Assembly: GCF_006345805.1 (NCBI RefSeq)
Contig: NC_043002.1
Span: forward strand, 14,260,001 to 14,324,000
DNA: 64,000 bases
DNA from: Octopus sinensis
Taxonomy: Eukaryota
Reading direction: 5' to 3'
Every line of letters begins with the position of its first letter. Within the stretch, counting starts at the first letter, position 1. Of the stretch, positions 13,320-24,124 are shown piece by piece. A model generated the notes under the pieces. That model was not told the origin of the DNA. It searched no databases and worked only from the letters and a program-made list of their open reading frames with translations. The position numbers were made by a program, and so were the translations under genes.

Positions 13320-13420
13320 TCTTTTATACGATGCATCGTTTCAGTGTCTTTAATGATAGACCAGCTTAATTAAATTAAATTAAGCTAGTCTACCATAGGT
13401 CACACTTCATCAGTAAAAGA
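13320..13420 (-). ncRNA. Type I hammerhead, copy L3
   Basis: Identical to L1. Confidence 0.92.
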
Positions 13421-13793
13421 AACCTGGGAGAGACGGACATACACGAGGCGACTGTATCAATGCCTCGGGAATGTCTGTCTTAAAATTTTCAAGACCAACG
13501 CATTCGCGCCAAACTTATCGGCAGCAAATATAAACTGCCGATTCCATCTCAGAATTAGTCAGAAAATTATCAATTAATCAATTTAGGGTAGCAAAAAATT
13601 CAGTAAAAATTTATCGTTACCAGCGCCTAGTGGAAAAGAGAAAATAGTCAAAGACTAAATATGTATAAATATAACAATTTAGGAATGGCCTAAACAGGCC
13701 ATTCGTCCACCAGAAAGAGCAGCCAGAACTCCAACCGCCAAGTAGTGTAATTCGGAAATAAGGTGAAAATTTAAAAACATTTACCCTAATTCA

Positions 13794-13893
13794 TCTTTTA
13801 TACGATGCATCGTTTCAGTGTCTTTAATGATAGACCAGCTTAATTAAATTAAATTAAGCTAGTCTACCATAGGTCACACTCATCAGTAAAAGA
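13794..13893 (-). ncRNA. Type I hammerhead, copy L4
   Basis: As L1 but one A missing at the core/helix II junction (possible consensus error). Confidence 0.8.
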
Positions 13894-14264
13894 ACCTGGG
13901 AGAGACGGACATACACGAGGCGACTGTATCAATGCCTCGGAATGTCTGTCTTAAAATTTTCAAGACCAACGCATTCGCGCCAACTTATCGGCAGCAAATA
14001 TAAACTGCCGATTCCATCTCAGAATTAGTCAGAAAATTATCAATTAATCAATTTAGGGTAGCAAAAAATTCAGTAAAAATTTATCGTTACCAGCGGCCTA
14101 GTGGAAAAGAGAAAATAGTCAAAGACTAAATATGTATAAATATAACAATTTAGGAATGGCCTAAACAGGCCATTCGTCCACCAGAAAGAGCAGCCAGAAC
14201 TCCAACCGCCAAGTAGTGTAATTCGGAAATAAGGTGAAAATTTAAAAACATTTACCCTAATTCA

Positions 14265-14365
14265 TCTTTTATACGATGCATCGTTTCAGTGTCTTTAATG
14301 ATAGACCAGCTTAATTAAATTAAATTAAGCTAGTCTACCATAGGTCACACTTCATCAGTAAAAGA
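14265..14365 (-). ncRNA. Type I hammerhead, copy L5
   Basis: Identical to L1. Confidence 0.92.
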
Positions 14366-14480
14366 AACCTGGGAGAGACGGACATACACGAGGCGCTGTA
14401 TCAATGCCTCGGGAATGTCTGTCTTAAAATTCCCGAGGCATTGATACAGTCGCCTCGTGTATGTCCGTCTCTCCCAGGTT

Positions 14481-14580
14481 TCTTTTACTGATGAAGTGTG
14501 ACCTATGGTAGACTAGCTTAATTTAATTTAATTAAGCTGGTCTATCATTAAAGACCTGAAACGATGCATCGTATAAAAGA
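14481..14580 (+). ncRNA. Type I hammerhead, copy R1
   Basis: CTGATGA at 14488; 1-nt deletion in helix II (GACCT vs GACACT); predicted cut after 14573. Confidence 0.82.
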
Positions 14581-14950
14581 TGAATTAGGGTAAATGTTTT
14601 TAAATTTTCACCTTATTTCCGAATTACACTACTTGGCGGTTGGAGTTCTGGCTGCTCTTTCTGGTGGACGAATGGCTGTTTAGGCCATTCCTAATTGTTA
14701 TATTATACATATTTAGTCTTTGACTATTTTCTCTTTTCCACTAGGCCGCTGGTAACGATAAATTTTTACTGAATTTTTTGCTACCCTAATTGATTAATTG
14801 ATAATTTTCTGACTAATTCTGAGATGGAATCGGCAGTTTATATTTGCTGCCGATAAGTTTGGCGCGAATGCGTTGGTCTTGAAAATTTTAAGACAGACAT
14901 TCCCGAGGCATTGATACAGTCGCCTCGTGTATGTCCGTCTCTCCCAGGTT

Positions 14951-15051
14951 TCTTTTACTGATGAAGTGTGACCTATGGTAGACTAGCTTAATTTAATTTA
15001 ATTAAGCTGGTCTATCATTAAAGACACTGAAACGATGCATCGTATAAAAGA
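14951..15051 (+). ncRNA. Type I hammerhead, copy R2
   Basis: All core residues and three helices intact; predicted cut after 15044. Confidence 0.93.
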
Positions 15052-15425
15052 TGAATTAGGGTAAATGTTTTTAAATTTTCACCTTATTTCCGAATTACAC
15101 TACTTGGCGGTTGGAGTTCTGGCTGCTCTTTCTGGTGGACGAATGGCCTGTTTAGGCCATTCCTAAATTGTTATATTTATACATATTTAGTCTTTGACTA
15201 TTTTCTCTTTTCCACTAGGCCGCTGGTAACGATAAATTTTTACTGAATTTTTTGCTACCCTAAATTGATTAATTGATAATTTTCTGACTAATTCTGAGAT
15301 GGAATCGGCAGTTTATATTTGCTGCCGATAAGTTTGGCGCGAATGCGTTGGTCTTGAAAATTTTAAGACAGACATTCCCGAGGCATTGATACAGTCGCCT
15401 CGTGTATGTCCGTCTCTCCCAGGTT

Positions 15426-15526
15426 TCTTTTACTGATGAAGTGTGACCTATGGTAGACTAGCTTAATTTAATTTAATTAAGCTGGTCTATCATTAAAGAC
15501 ACTGAAACGATGCATCGTATAAAAGA
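15426..15526 (+). ncRNA. Type I hammerhead, copy R3
   Basis: Intact; predicted cut after 15519, 475 nt from the R2 site. Confidence 0.93.
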
Positions 15527-15899
15527 TGAATTAGGGTAAATGTTTTTAAATTTTCACCTTATTTCCGAATTACACTACTTGGCGGTGGAGTTCTGGCTGC
15601 TCTTTCTGGTGGACGAATGGCCTGTTTAGGCCATTCCTAAATTGTTATATTTATACATATTTAGTCTTTGACTATTTTCTCTTTTCCACTAGGCCGCTGG
15701 TAACGATAAATTTTTACTGAATTTTTTGCTACCCTAAATTGATTAATTGATAATTTTCTGACTAATTCTGAGATGGAATCGGCAGTTTATATTTGCTGCC
15801 GATAAGTTTGGCGCGAATGCGTTGGTCTTGAAAATTTTAAGACAGACATTCCCGAGGCATTGATACAGTCGCCTCGTGTATGTCCGTCTCTCCCAGGTT

Positions 15900-16000
15900 T
15901 CTTTTACTGATGAAGTGTGACCTATGGTAGACTAGCTTAATTTAATTTAATTAAGCTGGTCTATCATTAAAGACACTGAAACGATGCATCGTATAAAAGA
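15900..16000 (+). ncRNA. Type I hammerhead, copy R4
   Basis: Intact; predicted cut after 15993. Confidence 0.93.
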
Positions 16001-16217
16001 TGAATTAGGGTAAATGTTTTTAAATTTTCACCTTATTTCCGAATTACACTACTTGGCGGTTGGAGTTCTGGCTGCTCTTTCTGGTGGACGAATGGCCTGT
16101 TTAGGCCATTCCTAAATTGTTATATTTATACATATTTAGTCTTTGACTATTTTCTCTTTTCCACTAGGCGCTGGTAACGATAAATTTTCTGAATTTTTTG
16201 CTACCCTAAATTGATTA

Positions 16218-16248
<31 letters not shown>

Positions 16249-16344
16249 AATATATATATATATATAGACATACACACACGCACATATATATATATTCGTT
16301 TATGAATATATATATATAGAAAAGCACACACATGTATATATATT

Positions 16345-16530
16345 TGAAATTTACAGAATTAGATAATACGAAGACAGGTGTATTCACAACAAGCAAGTGT
16401 ATTAGTTTAACGCTCGGGAAAAATGAAAAAAGACTTTTACGTTTCGAGCCTATGCTCTTCAACAGAAAAAAACAAGAGAAAATAAAAAGAAGGAGAATGG
16501 AAATACTTGTAGATTTCAGCGGTCCAACAC
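16345..16530 (-). mobile_element. Short PLE-pLTR-like element with variant minimal hammerhead (16434-16470)
   Basis: Minus strand TTTTT-CTGTTGA-A-GAGC[ATAG]GCTC-GAAA-CG-TA-AAAG; core position A6 is U. Confidence 0.65.
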
Positions 16531-16574
<44 letters not shown>

Positions 16575-16729
16575 ATACACACACACACACACAAACACAC
16601 AAACACACATACACATATATATACTTGGACAGATCAGTAAGTATTGAGACTGTTGCCATAGTAGCGAAGCTAAAGCCAGTAGAGTGAAGCTGCTTGGTGC
16701 AGATTGACCTTCAGTTCTGCTTTGCATGC

Positions 16730-17497
16730 ACAGTGAGGTTCAGCGCTCTAGGTCACCGACGCCGTGCTTGGAAGGAGCGTTTGTAGCGTGTGATCGTCGC
16801 ATTGAACATGACAGAGAAACATGCGCTGAGAATCTGCATCAACCTTTGCCAAAAGCTTGGTGATACCTAATCAGAGGCCTATGCAAAATTTTCAAAAAGC
16901 TTTCGTCCTAGTCGACAGAATGAAGACGATTTTGTGCGACTGAAACTCGAGTGTCTTTAGATCAGCTGAAGGCGGTTTTGGCACTAACTTAGCAGACACG
17001 CGTCTCATACCCAAATCTTTATAGTGATAATGGACAAAACTGAACCGTAACTGATTTGCACATCTGATAACTCACGGTTGTTATTCTACGATTTTCCTTC
17101 ACAGCTGCACCCACATCTGTGAGGTTTTTCTCAGTTCTGCTGGTTGCGGGTCTCTCAGAACGTTTGTCACTTTCGACCATTTTCGGCCATCTTAGAAACG
17201 TCTGAACTTCTCTTACACTTGTGAGCGTCTCAACACTGATCACCATACACTTTGTACAAGTTTGAGTAAGACTTTGAGCAGGTATGACAACTTACTCTCG
17301 TGCTGAATGCGACCATCCCACATTACACACGTTACATTGAAGCACTTCTGTAAACGATGGAAGTGAGCTAGAATTTTCAAAATTTAGTGCACATTAACTC
17401 CTGAAGTCAAGGTCAATCTGTGCCAAGCAGCTTCACTTCGTGATTTAGCTTTGTTGGAATGGATAAGTCCGGATACTTCTCGATCAAACCTTGTATA
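16730..17497. mobile_element. Decayed, rearranged mariner-like transposase N-terminal fragments ending in a TIR
   Basis: Plus 16808: MTEKHALRICINLCQKLGDT; minus 17019-17246: FLRWPKMVESDKRSERPATSRTEKNLTDVGAAVKENRRIT (HTH-like region); TIR-like end TCCGGATACTTCTCGATCAAACCTTGTATA. Confidence 0.6.
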
Positions 17498-17499
17498 TT

Positions 17500-17761
<262 letters not shown>

Positions 17762-18426
17762 AATATACAAGGTTTGATCGAGAAGTATCCGGACTTATCC
17801 ATTGCACTGAGGATAGTTAAAATATTTTTTATTAAAATATTAAAGCTGTAACCGGTTTCACAGTTAAACACTGAATTTTCGAAAAGGTCAAATAGAAAGA
17901 CGTAGCTTATGTCGTAGTTGTCTTGCTTCTGATTAGTGTTTGAAAATAGCCCTACATTTATAGGGAGTTCTTAGCTCAAATTAGCATATGTTTTGGATAA
18001 GTTATGACTGGTAGCCGATAAGCACAGGACTGGTCTTAGAAATCTTTGTAGGTTCCCCGCAACGCCCATGTGCTACTGTCAAGTGACAATGTTTGGCGAC
18101 ACAATTTCAGACTGACACGATTGACTGTACATGTCCAAACAATGAATGCTCTGAATGTTCTCTGTTAAGTGTTTGTAGAGAATGAACAAATGTTTAAGTT
18201 TAGAAGCTTTTGTACGTTTCCTGCTACCTGACAGTATATTTTGAGCCTAAAAAGAAGGCAGACAGAGTTGACGTAATATGTTTAGTTTTAATCAAGGCAT
18301 TCCAAATTTAATGTCTGGTGGGAAAGTGGACAAGAATCATTTGTTATAGTTCAGTGATTAAAGTTTAGGTTGTTAGCTGATAACAACCTAAAGATAAGTG
18401 ACAGAATGAGATCTGTGTGTGAACAG

Positions 18427-19720
18427 TTATTTGTGTATATACTCTATTAAAGTCTTCGTTTGTACTGTTGTATGAAAGTGTTGTATGAAAGCGTTTATCC
18501 ATGCTTCATCTCTGGTATTCGCCGAACACAGGTAGATTGGGGAAGACCTGAAATTTGGAGGATTTGATTGTTGCACATATTTTTTGCACATATGCAATGG
18601 AATCTGTGTAGCACTGGGGTTTCGTATTTGTTGTCGGGTAATAGTCTGTAATTTTCTTCGAGTAAGTTTTGTTTGACCTATGTAATCTTCAGTGCATCCT
18701 TGAGATTTGATAGTCCATATTAAATCCCTCAAAGAACATATAAAGTGATTTTTTAAAGGTAAAAATCTGTCCAGATTTGAATTTGCATATTGTGTCTTCA
18801 ATAAAGTTGATGCAGGTTCCGCAATTGTGGCGGCGACACTTTTTGACCGCTGGTGTAGGAATTGTGGTATGTAATTTATCACTTGTTAGGAATTTTCTGA
18901 GAGACTTTGATTATCTTTTCATTTTGATTATTTTGTGTATTTAAAATGTCTGTTTCATTCTTGGGTCTTGTTTTAGTAATGGGATGTTTTGATGAATAAT
19001 ATTGTAAAGCTCTGCATTCTTGAGTTGTGTGTTGTAATAAAAGGTAGAGTATTGGATGTATCTGGAGCGTTCCTTGTAAGATATTTATAGCTTTGCACAT
19101 TCTACTCCGTTGTTTATTAGCATTAATGGATATTATCTTTTAAGTAGTACTTCTTTAATTCCTGGAGTCTTTGATTGCAAGTTTCAGGTTCAAGCCAAAA
19201 TTCTTCTTGCTAGATGAAAAGGGATATTATTCTTCGTGTATTTGGGATGGCATGAGCAGAACAGTGGGTATCTTTTAAAATCTGTATGTGTGTTATGAAT
19301 ATCTGTTTCAATGAATATTTTATCTCTTTTGATAGTTTGTATATTTAGGAATAGTAGTTGATTTCTACTGTATTCCATGGTAAAGTCAATATTATTGTTT
19401 ATGAAGTTGATTTTTGAAATCTATACGTTGTTCAAATGTGTACGTGCGTAGGATTAGGCAGTTATCTAAGTAACGTTTCCAGTTTTCTAGTAGATATTTG
19501 TGGAGGTTCAAGCCATGTATTAATTTAGAATATTCATATATTTTGACCTGTATGTATGCCATGACTATATTGGTGTAAGTCGGAGCAACTTTTGTCACCA
19601 TCGCAGTTCCACACAGCTATTTATGCATGTTAAATCTAAAATATATTTGTAGTTTTCATTGATAAGATGTATATCTCCATCTGTTTGTTCTAGTTCTTTA
19701 AGCAACGTAATTCACGAGTA
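18427..19720 (-). mobile_element. Decayed Penelope-like retroelement (RT + GIY-YIG endonuclease)
   Basis: GTAMVTKVAPTYTNIVM; WKRYLDN (RYxDD decayed); FLNIQ; IETDIHNTHTDFKRYPLFCSCHPKYTKNNIPFHLARRI (PLE-type C-terminal RT motif); TIKSQGCTEDYIGQT (GIY-YIG). Multiple stops and frameshifts. Confidence 0.85.
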
Positions 19721-20579
19721 ATTTATAAACGCTAGATTCGAGGTTTTTCGTTTTGAAATTTTTTAGTTAATATTACGTTTTGGAGAGATAAATAGACTTT
19801 TTATTTAAGAAATATTATAAAACTCTATATAAGTATTGATTGTTAAATATGAATTTATAATTTTTTTAATATGTTAATGATAATTTAGATATTTACGTTT
19901 ATTTAATTATTAGTATTTTATAATTATTATATCTGTACGTAAATTTTAAAATATTATTTAGTCACTTTGGGATCTAGAACGTAAAAATGTTTTTATTATA
20001 TTTCTAGTTTTATTTATTTCTAGTATTAATACATTAAATAATAGTAGTAATAATAAATATTTTATAAAGATAAGTTATGTTTTTACTTGGTATTTTTCAT
20101 TTCTCATTTTTTATTAAATATTTTGGAAAGCTATCTATAATATTTATGTAAATAATAATGGACTAATTTATTTACGTTTATTGAAAGAAAAAATATAGTT
20201 TTTTAATTACCATATTTGTTGATAATAATTTACATACTTACTTTTATATATTTATTATTTTATAATTATTTTATGTGAAATAAAATATAAAAATATTAAG
20301 GGTGATTGTTTTGTAAATTAGTTTGGTAATTAAATATTAGAGTATAACTAGGTTAAAAATATTCTATAGTTTATTAATGTTTTTATTAGGTTAAATTATA
20401 TCTTCACAGATACATACATTTTTCTATCTATTTACTCTATTTTTTACCTTAAATATTTAACATAATAAATGTATTGTAGGCAACTGATCTTAATATTTTC
20501 CGTTTCAAATTATTATTTCATTTTTTGATAAATATTGTTTAACTCTATTTGCTTATTGAATTTAACAATTATTGTTAAT

Positions 20580-20674
20580 CTGAAGAGTGACTATAATTTA
20601 AAATTGAATTGATTTTCGATTAAAATTAGATTTACTTGTGATTCGAATTTAATTATAGCCATGTAACGTACGTA
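20580..20674 (+). ncRNA. Degenerate minimal hammerhead relic
   Basis: CTGAAGA-GTGACTATAATT...AATTATAGCCAT-GTAA-C[GTAC]G-TA; GAAA mutated to GTAA; helix I not recoverable. Confidence 0.4.
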
Positions 20675-20970
20675 GTTTGTTTTACTTATTATATATTGGT
20701 TATTCATTTTTATACCTTTTGTGATCTAGTTGTATGTTTTATAAAGATATATTTTGTTCATATTTAGGATTTGGTTTATGTCTATCATTGTTTGAATTGC
20801 ATAATAGTTAGTGTTTGTCGAATTTATATAGTGTATCTAGTATATATATATATAATATATTATATATTATATATATATATATATATTATAAGATAGATAT
20901 ATACATATATATATATAGTTAGCTTCAGCTCAGAGCTGTAGCCATGCTGGAGCACCACAGTTTATATATG

Positions 20971-21019
<49 letters not shown>

Positions 21020-21397
21020 TATATATATATTATATTATATATAATATATATATAAGCAGCCGTGTGGTAAGAATTTTGGTCTCCAGCAACATGGTACGGT
21101 GTGCACTCTCATATTCTGACAACTTGTGCAAATGTCTTCTGTAACCTTAGGCTGATCAAAATATCTTCAAAACTGTGCGCCAGGAAGGCCACAGACTAAT
21201 GGCTCAAACTGATAAAATGTATACATACTCACACAGGCATGCACACACGTGCAAACAGATATGTGTGTATATATTAAAGTACAGAAGAAAATATATTTAT
21301 AAACAATTTTAAAAATTACGCATAAATATATATGTTGGTGGCTTGGTCTGCATAAAAGTGGTACACACACACACAACCCCTCCCATATATATATATA

Positions 21398-21620
21398 TGG
21401 CCTTCAGTATGTGACCTCGTCTGTACCACTAGCGATTTTTTTCCTCTGTTTTCCCTTCTCGGGATCTTTCCTTCTCCTATGTTTCCGACGAAGAGCTCCG
21501 CTCGAAACGTATAATCCTCCTTCTTCCCTTCTTTCCTGAGCGTCCAATAATACTTTATTTGTTCCACGTCCTTGCGTTGTTGTGTTTTTTTGCTTTTGTT
21601 TTCTTGTTTGGATTAACTTT
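21398..21620 (+). mobile_element. ~220-bp element with minimal hammerhead-like motif (21481-21515)
   Basis: GTTT-CCGACGA-A-GAG[CTCCG]CTC-GAAA-CG-TA; ends GGATTAACT then TA run; homologous to 45932-46145. Confidence 0.7.
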
Positions 21621-21807
21621 ATATATAGTAGAAATATGTTACGAAAAGAAAATATAAAATACACGTGGAAATGTAAGGGTAAAATATGAAAAATCAACGA
21701 AAATGCATATTGTAACGACAAATATATACATTTATATTGACTGAAGTAGTAGTACAAGTCATAAAAGTCATTATTATGAGATGATTATAAGATGGTAATA
21801 AAGTAAG

Positions 21808-21870
<63 letters not shown>

Positions 21871-22375
21871 TATACCTATGGCATACTTACGAATATGAAT
21901 ATACACACCTTCCTGCACATGTAGATGTACAACTGAGTTCGCTTATTATTCTGTTCATAAAATCGATGCTGGACATATGTCTTGTTAGGTACATTCCGAT
22001 GCCTACCAAATTCTCTTTAGAAGTGATGCCATCTCTAACCGCTCGTTAGGTTCTCTAACAGTACACATCCGTTAATTGAACTTTTGTTTTCCCTCGGTTC
22101 TTGACCTCTTTTTTCTTCTTCAAATATATATTTAGCCTGGTCTCCACAACTATATTTCTTTCATACATACTGTTTCCCCTGAGACGCTATACGAATGATT
22201 TTACACAATTATGGCAAAATTTCCTCAAATATAAATGCCTATATATTCAATCGGCCACGCGTATAAAGCAATACTTTTCTACTCCTACGCGTAGCCTCAA
22301 CATAGACGCGGTTTTGCTGTTAGACGTTCAATTGCCTTATCTCTTTGTTATGTTCGTATAAATTACAATTGCTTG

Positions 22376-22481
22376 AATACCTACCTACCTACCTACCTAC
22401 CTACCTACCTACCTACCTACCTACCTACCGTCTTAACTAACCACCCACCCATCTTCGTAACAACATATCTACCAGCCTGTA

Positions 22482-22542
<61 letters not shown>

Positions 22543-22546
22543 CACT

Positions 22547-22615
<69 letters not shown>

Positions 22616-22799
22616 TCATACATGCATAATACATATCTATCTATCTATCTATCTATCTGTCTATCTCTCTCTCTATCTATCAATCTATATTTTTGTCCGT
22701 CTATCTATCTAGCTATCTGTGTTTCTGTCTGTCTGTCTGTCTGTCTAACTATCTAGCTATGCATACATACACAGTCGCATAATTGTCCGTATATATATG

Positions 22800-22830
<31 letters not shown>
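22376..22830. repeat. Compound microsatellite (ACCT)n-(ATCT)n-(CT)n-(AT)n-(GTCT)n-(GT)n
   Basis: Direct reading. Confidence 0.92.
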
Positions 22831-22834
<4 letters not shown>

Positions 22835-23405
22835 TTGCGTGTGGGTTTGTGCGTGCGCATCTGTGAGTGTTTTGTGTGTATGACAGTCACTTGAATATGA
22901 ATTGCTAATAAAATTTGTTTACAATTTTATAGAATGAATAACTAATTCACTGTATATAATTCAATAACATTATTTACAGCGGTTTCCCGAGAGACGCATT
23001 CGTATACAGGCATTCTTACTAGATTACTTCCCCTTAACATAGCATATGTTTTTATGCAATCTTGGAAGTTTACACACATACAACATTTTAAATACGTATT
23101 GTTTACAATTCAATCGGAGATATACTTTATTCAAAAACATTCATAGCATACACATTGTTTTCTCGGTATATAGTGCTTCAACTTAATTTCGTTTTGACTG
23201 TAATATCCATTCTCTGTCATCTTCCCACCACTAACTACACCTGACATTGAGCTCCTCGGTTTTGAGGCATAGGGCCTAAGGATTCTTTTCTCTGATTTCT
23301 TGCCAATAGAGAAAGAGCCGGTTTGTAACCTAGATCTAACGCTCCTTCATTGGAATTTCAACATCAACAATAGGGTATTTATGTATGTATGTATATATTT
23401 ATGTA

Positions 23406-23493
<88 letters not shown>

Positions 23494-23945
23494 ATAGAAA
23501 TGGTAAGACAACAAAGGAATGAAAGAGACCTCGATATTATGTAAAGAGAGGAATTTATCTGCCGATATAATATGTGACGATTATTCGGTAGCCATGATAA
23601 AACTCTGAGTTTCGGATGTTGCGGCGGAAACCCATGTTGGCATCTCTTCTGTTTTGGGGCCATCGAAAAAAATGCTATGAAAATGACCGTTAAATCAAAG
23701 GGAAATTACTGTGTGATTGACCTTTAGTAAAACAAAAGAGCTATTAAAATGACCGCTCTTTCTGCTCTATCTATCTATCTGTCTATGTATCTATCTACAG
23801 CCTGCTTGTACTTATGTATATGTGTATGCTTGACAATCGATGTAAGTTTGTTTGGGCTAAGGCAACCTAGTATTTTAGGAAGCAGGCCAAAAGTATAAAT
23901 AGATAACACTTTTAAATATAAAGCTTTTAATAGAGTGTCCCCCAT

Positions 23946-24124
23946 CACTAGCGTAGCTAGAGGGATTGTGGAAGGTGCGGTCCGCATTGGGCGGCATTTC
24001 AAAGGGGCAGCACTTGTCATCCTGTTGTAGGCTATTGCTGTATGCAATATGTGTTTTTTGTTGGATCCGGTGGCGGCAAACGATAGGGCTACCCCGGGTA
24101 GCACGCACTCTAGCTACGCTAGTG
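23946..24124. mobile_element. hAT-type MITE, 179 bp
   Basis: Perfect 17-bp TIR CACTAGCGTAGCTAGAG / CTCTAGCTACGCTAGTG; flanks GTCCCCCAT and GTCCCCAT (about 8-bp TSD, one C slippage). Confidence 0.8.

Larger units (their letters stand above)
12250..16219. mobile_element. Retrozyme-like element: ~475-nt non-coding hammerhead unit as a head-to-head palindromic multimer
   Basis: Direct units start at 12251, 12724, 13197, 13671, 14142. The sequence inverts across a spacer at 14417-14428 and inverted units run to 16219. Both ends are at (TA)n. One HHR per unit; no ORF of 60 aa or more in the track. Confidence 0.88.

Noticed and set aside
12250-16219. CRISPR-like array or ordinary satellite
   Set aside because: There are no variable spacers or cas genes, and the context is eukaryotic. 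The conserved HHR and fold-back junction explain it better.
18200-18240. GAAACGTA half-motif downstream of the PLE ORF (minus strand)
   Set aside because: No CUGANGA partner at a pairing helix II.
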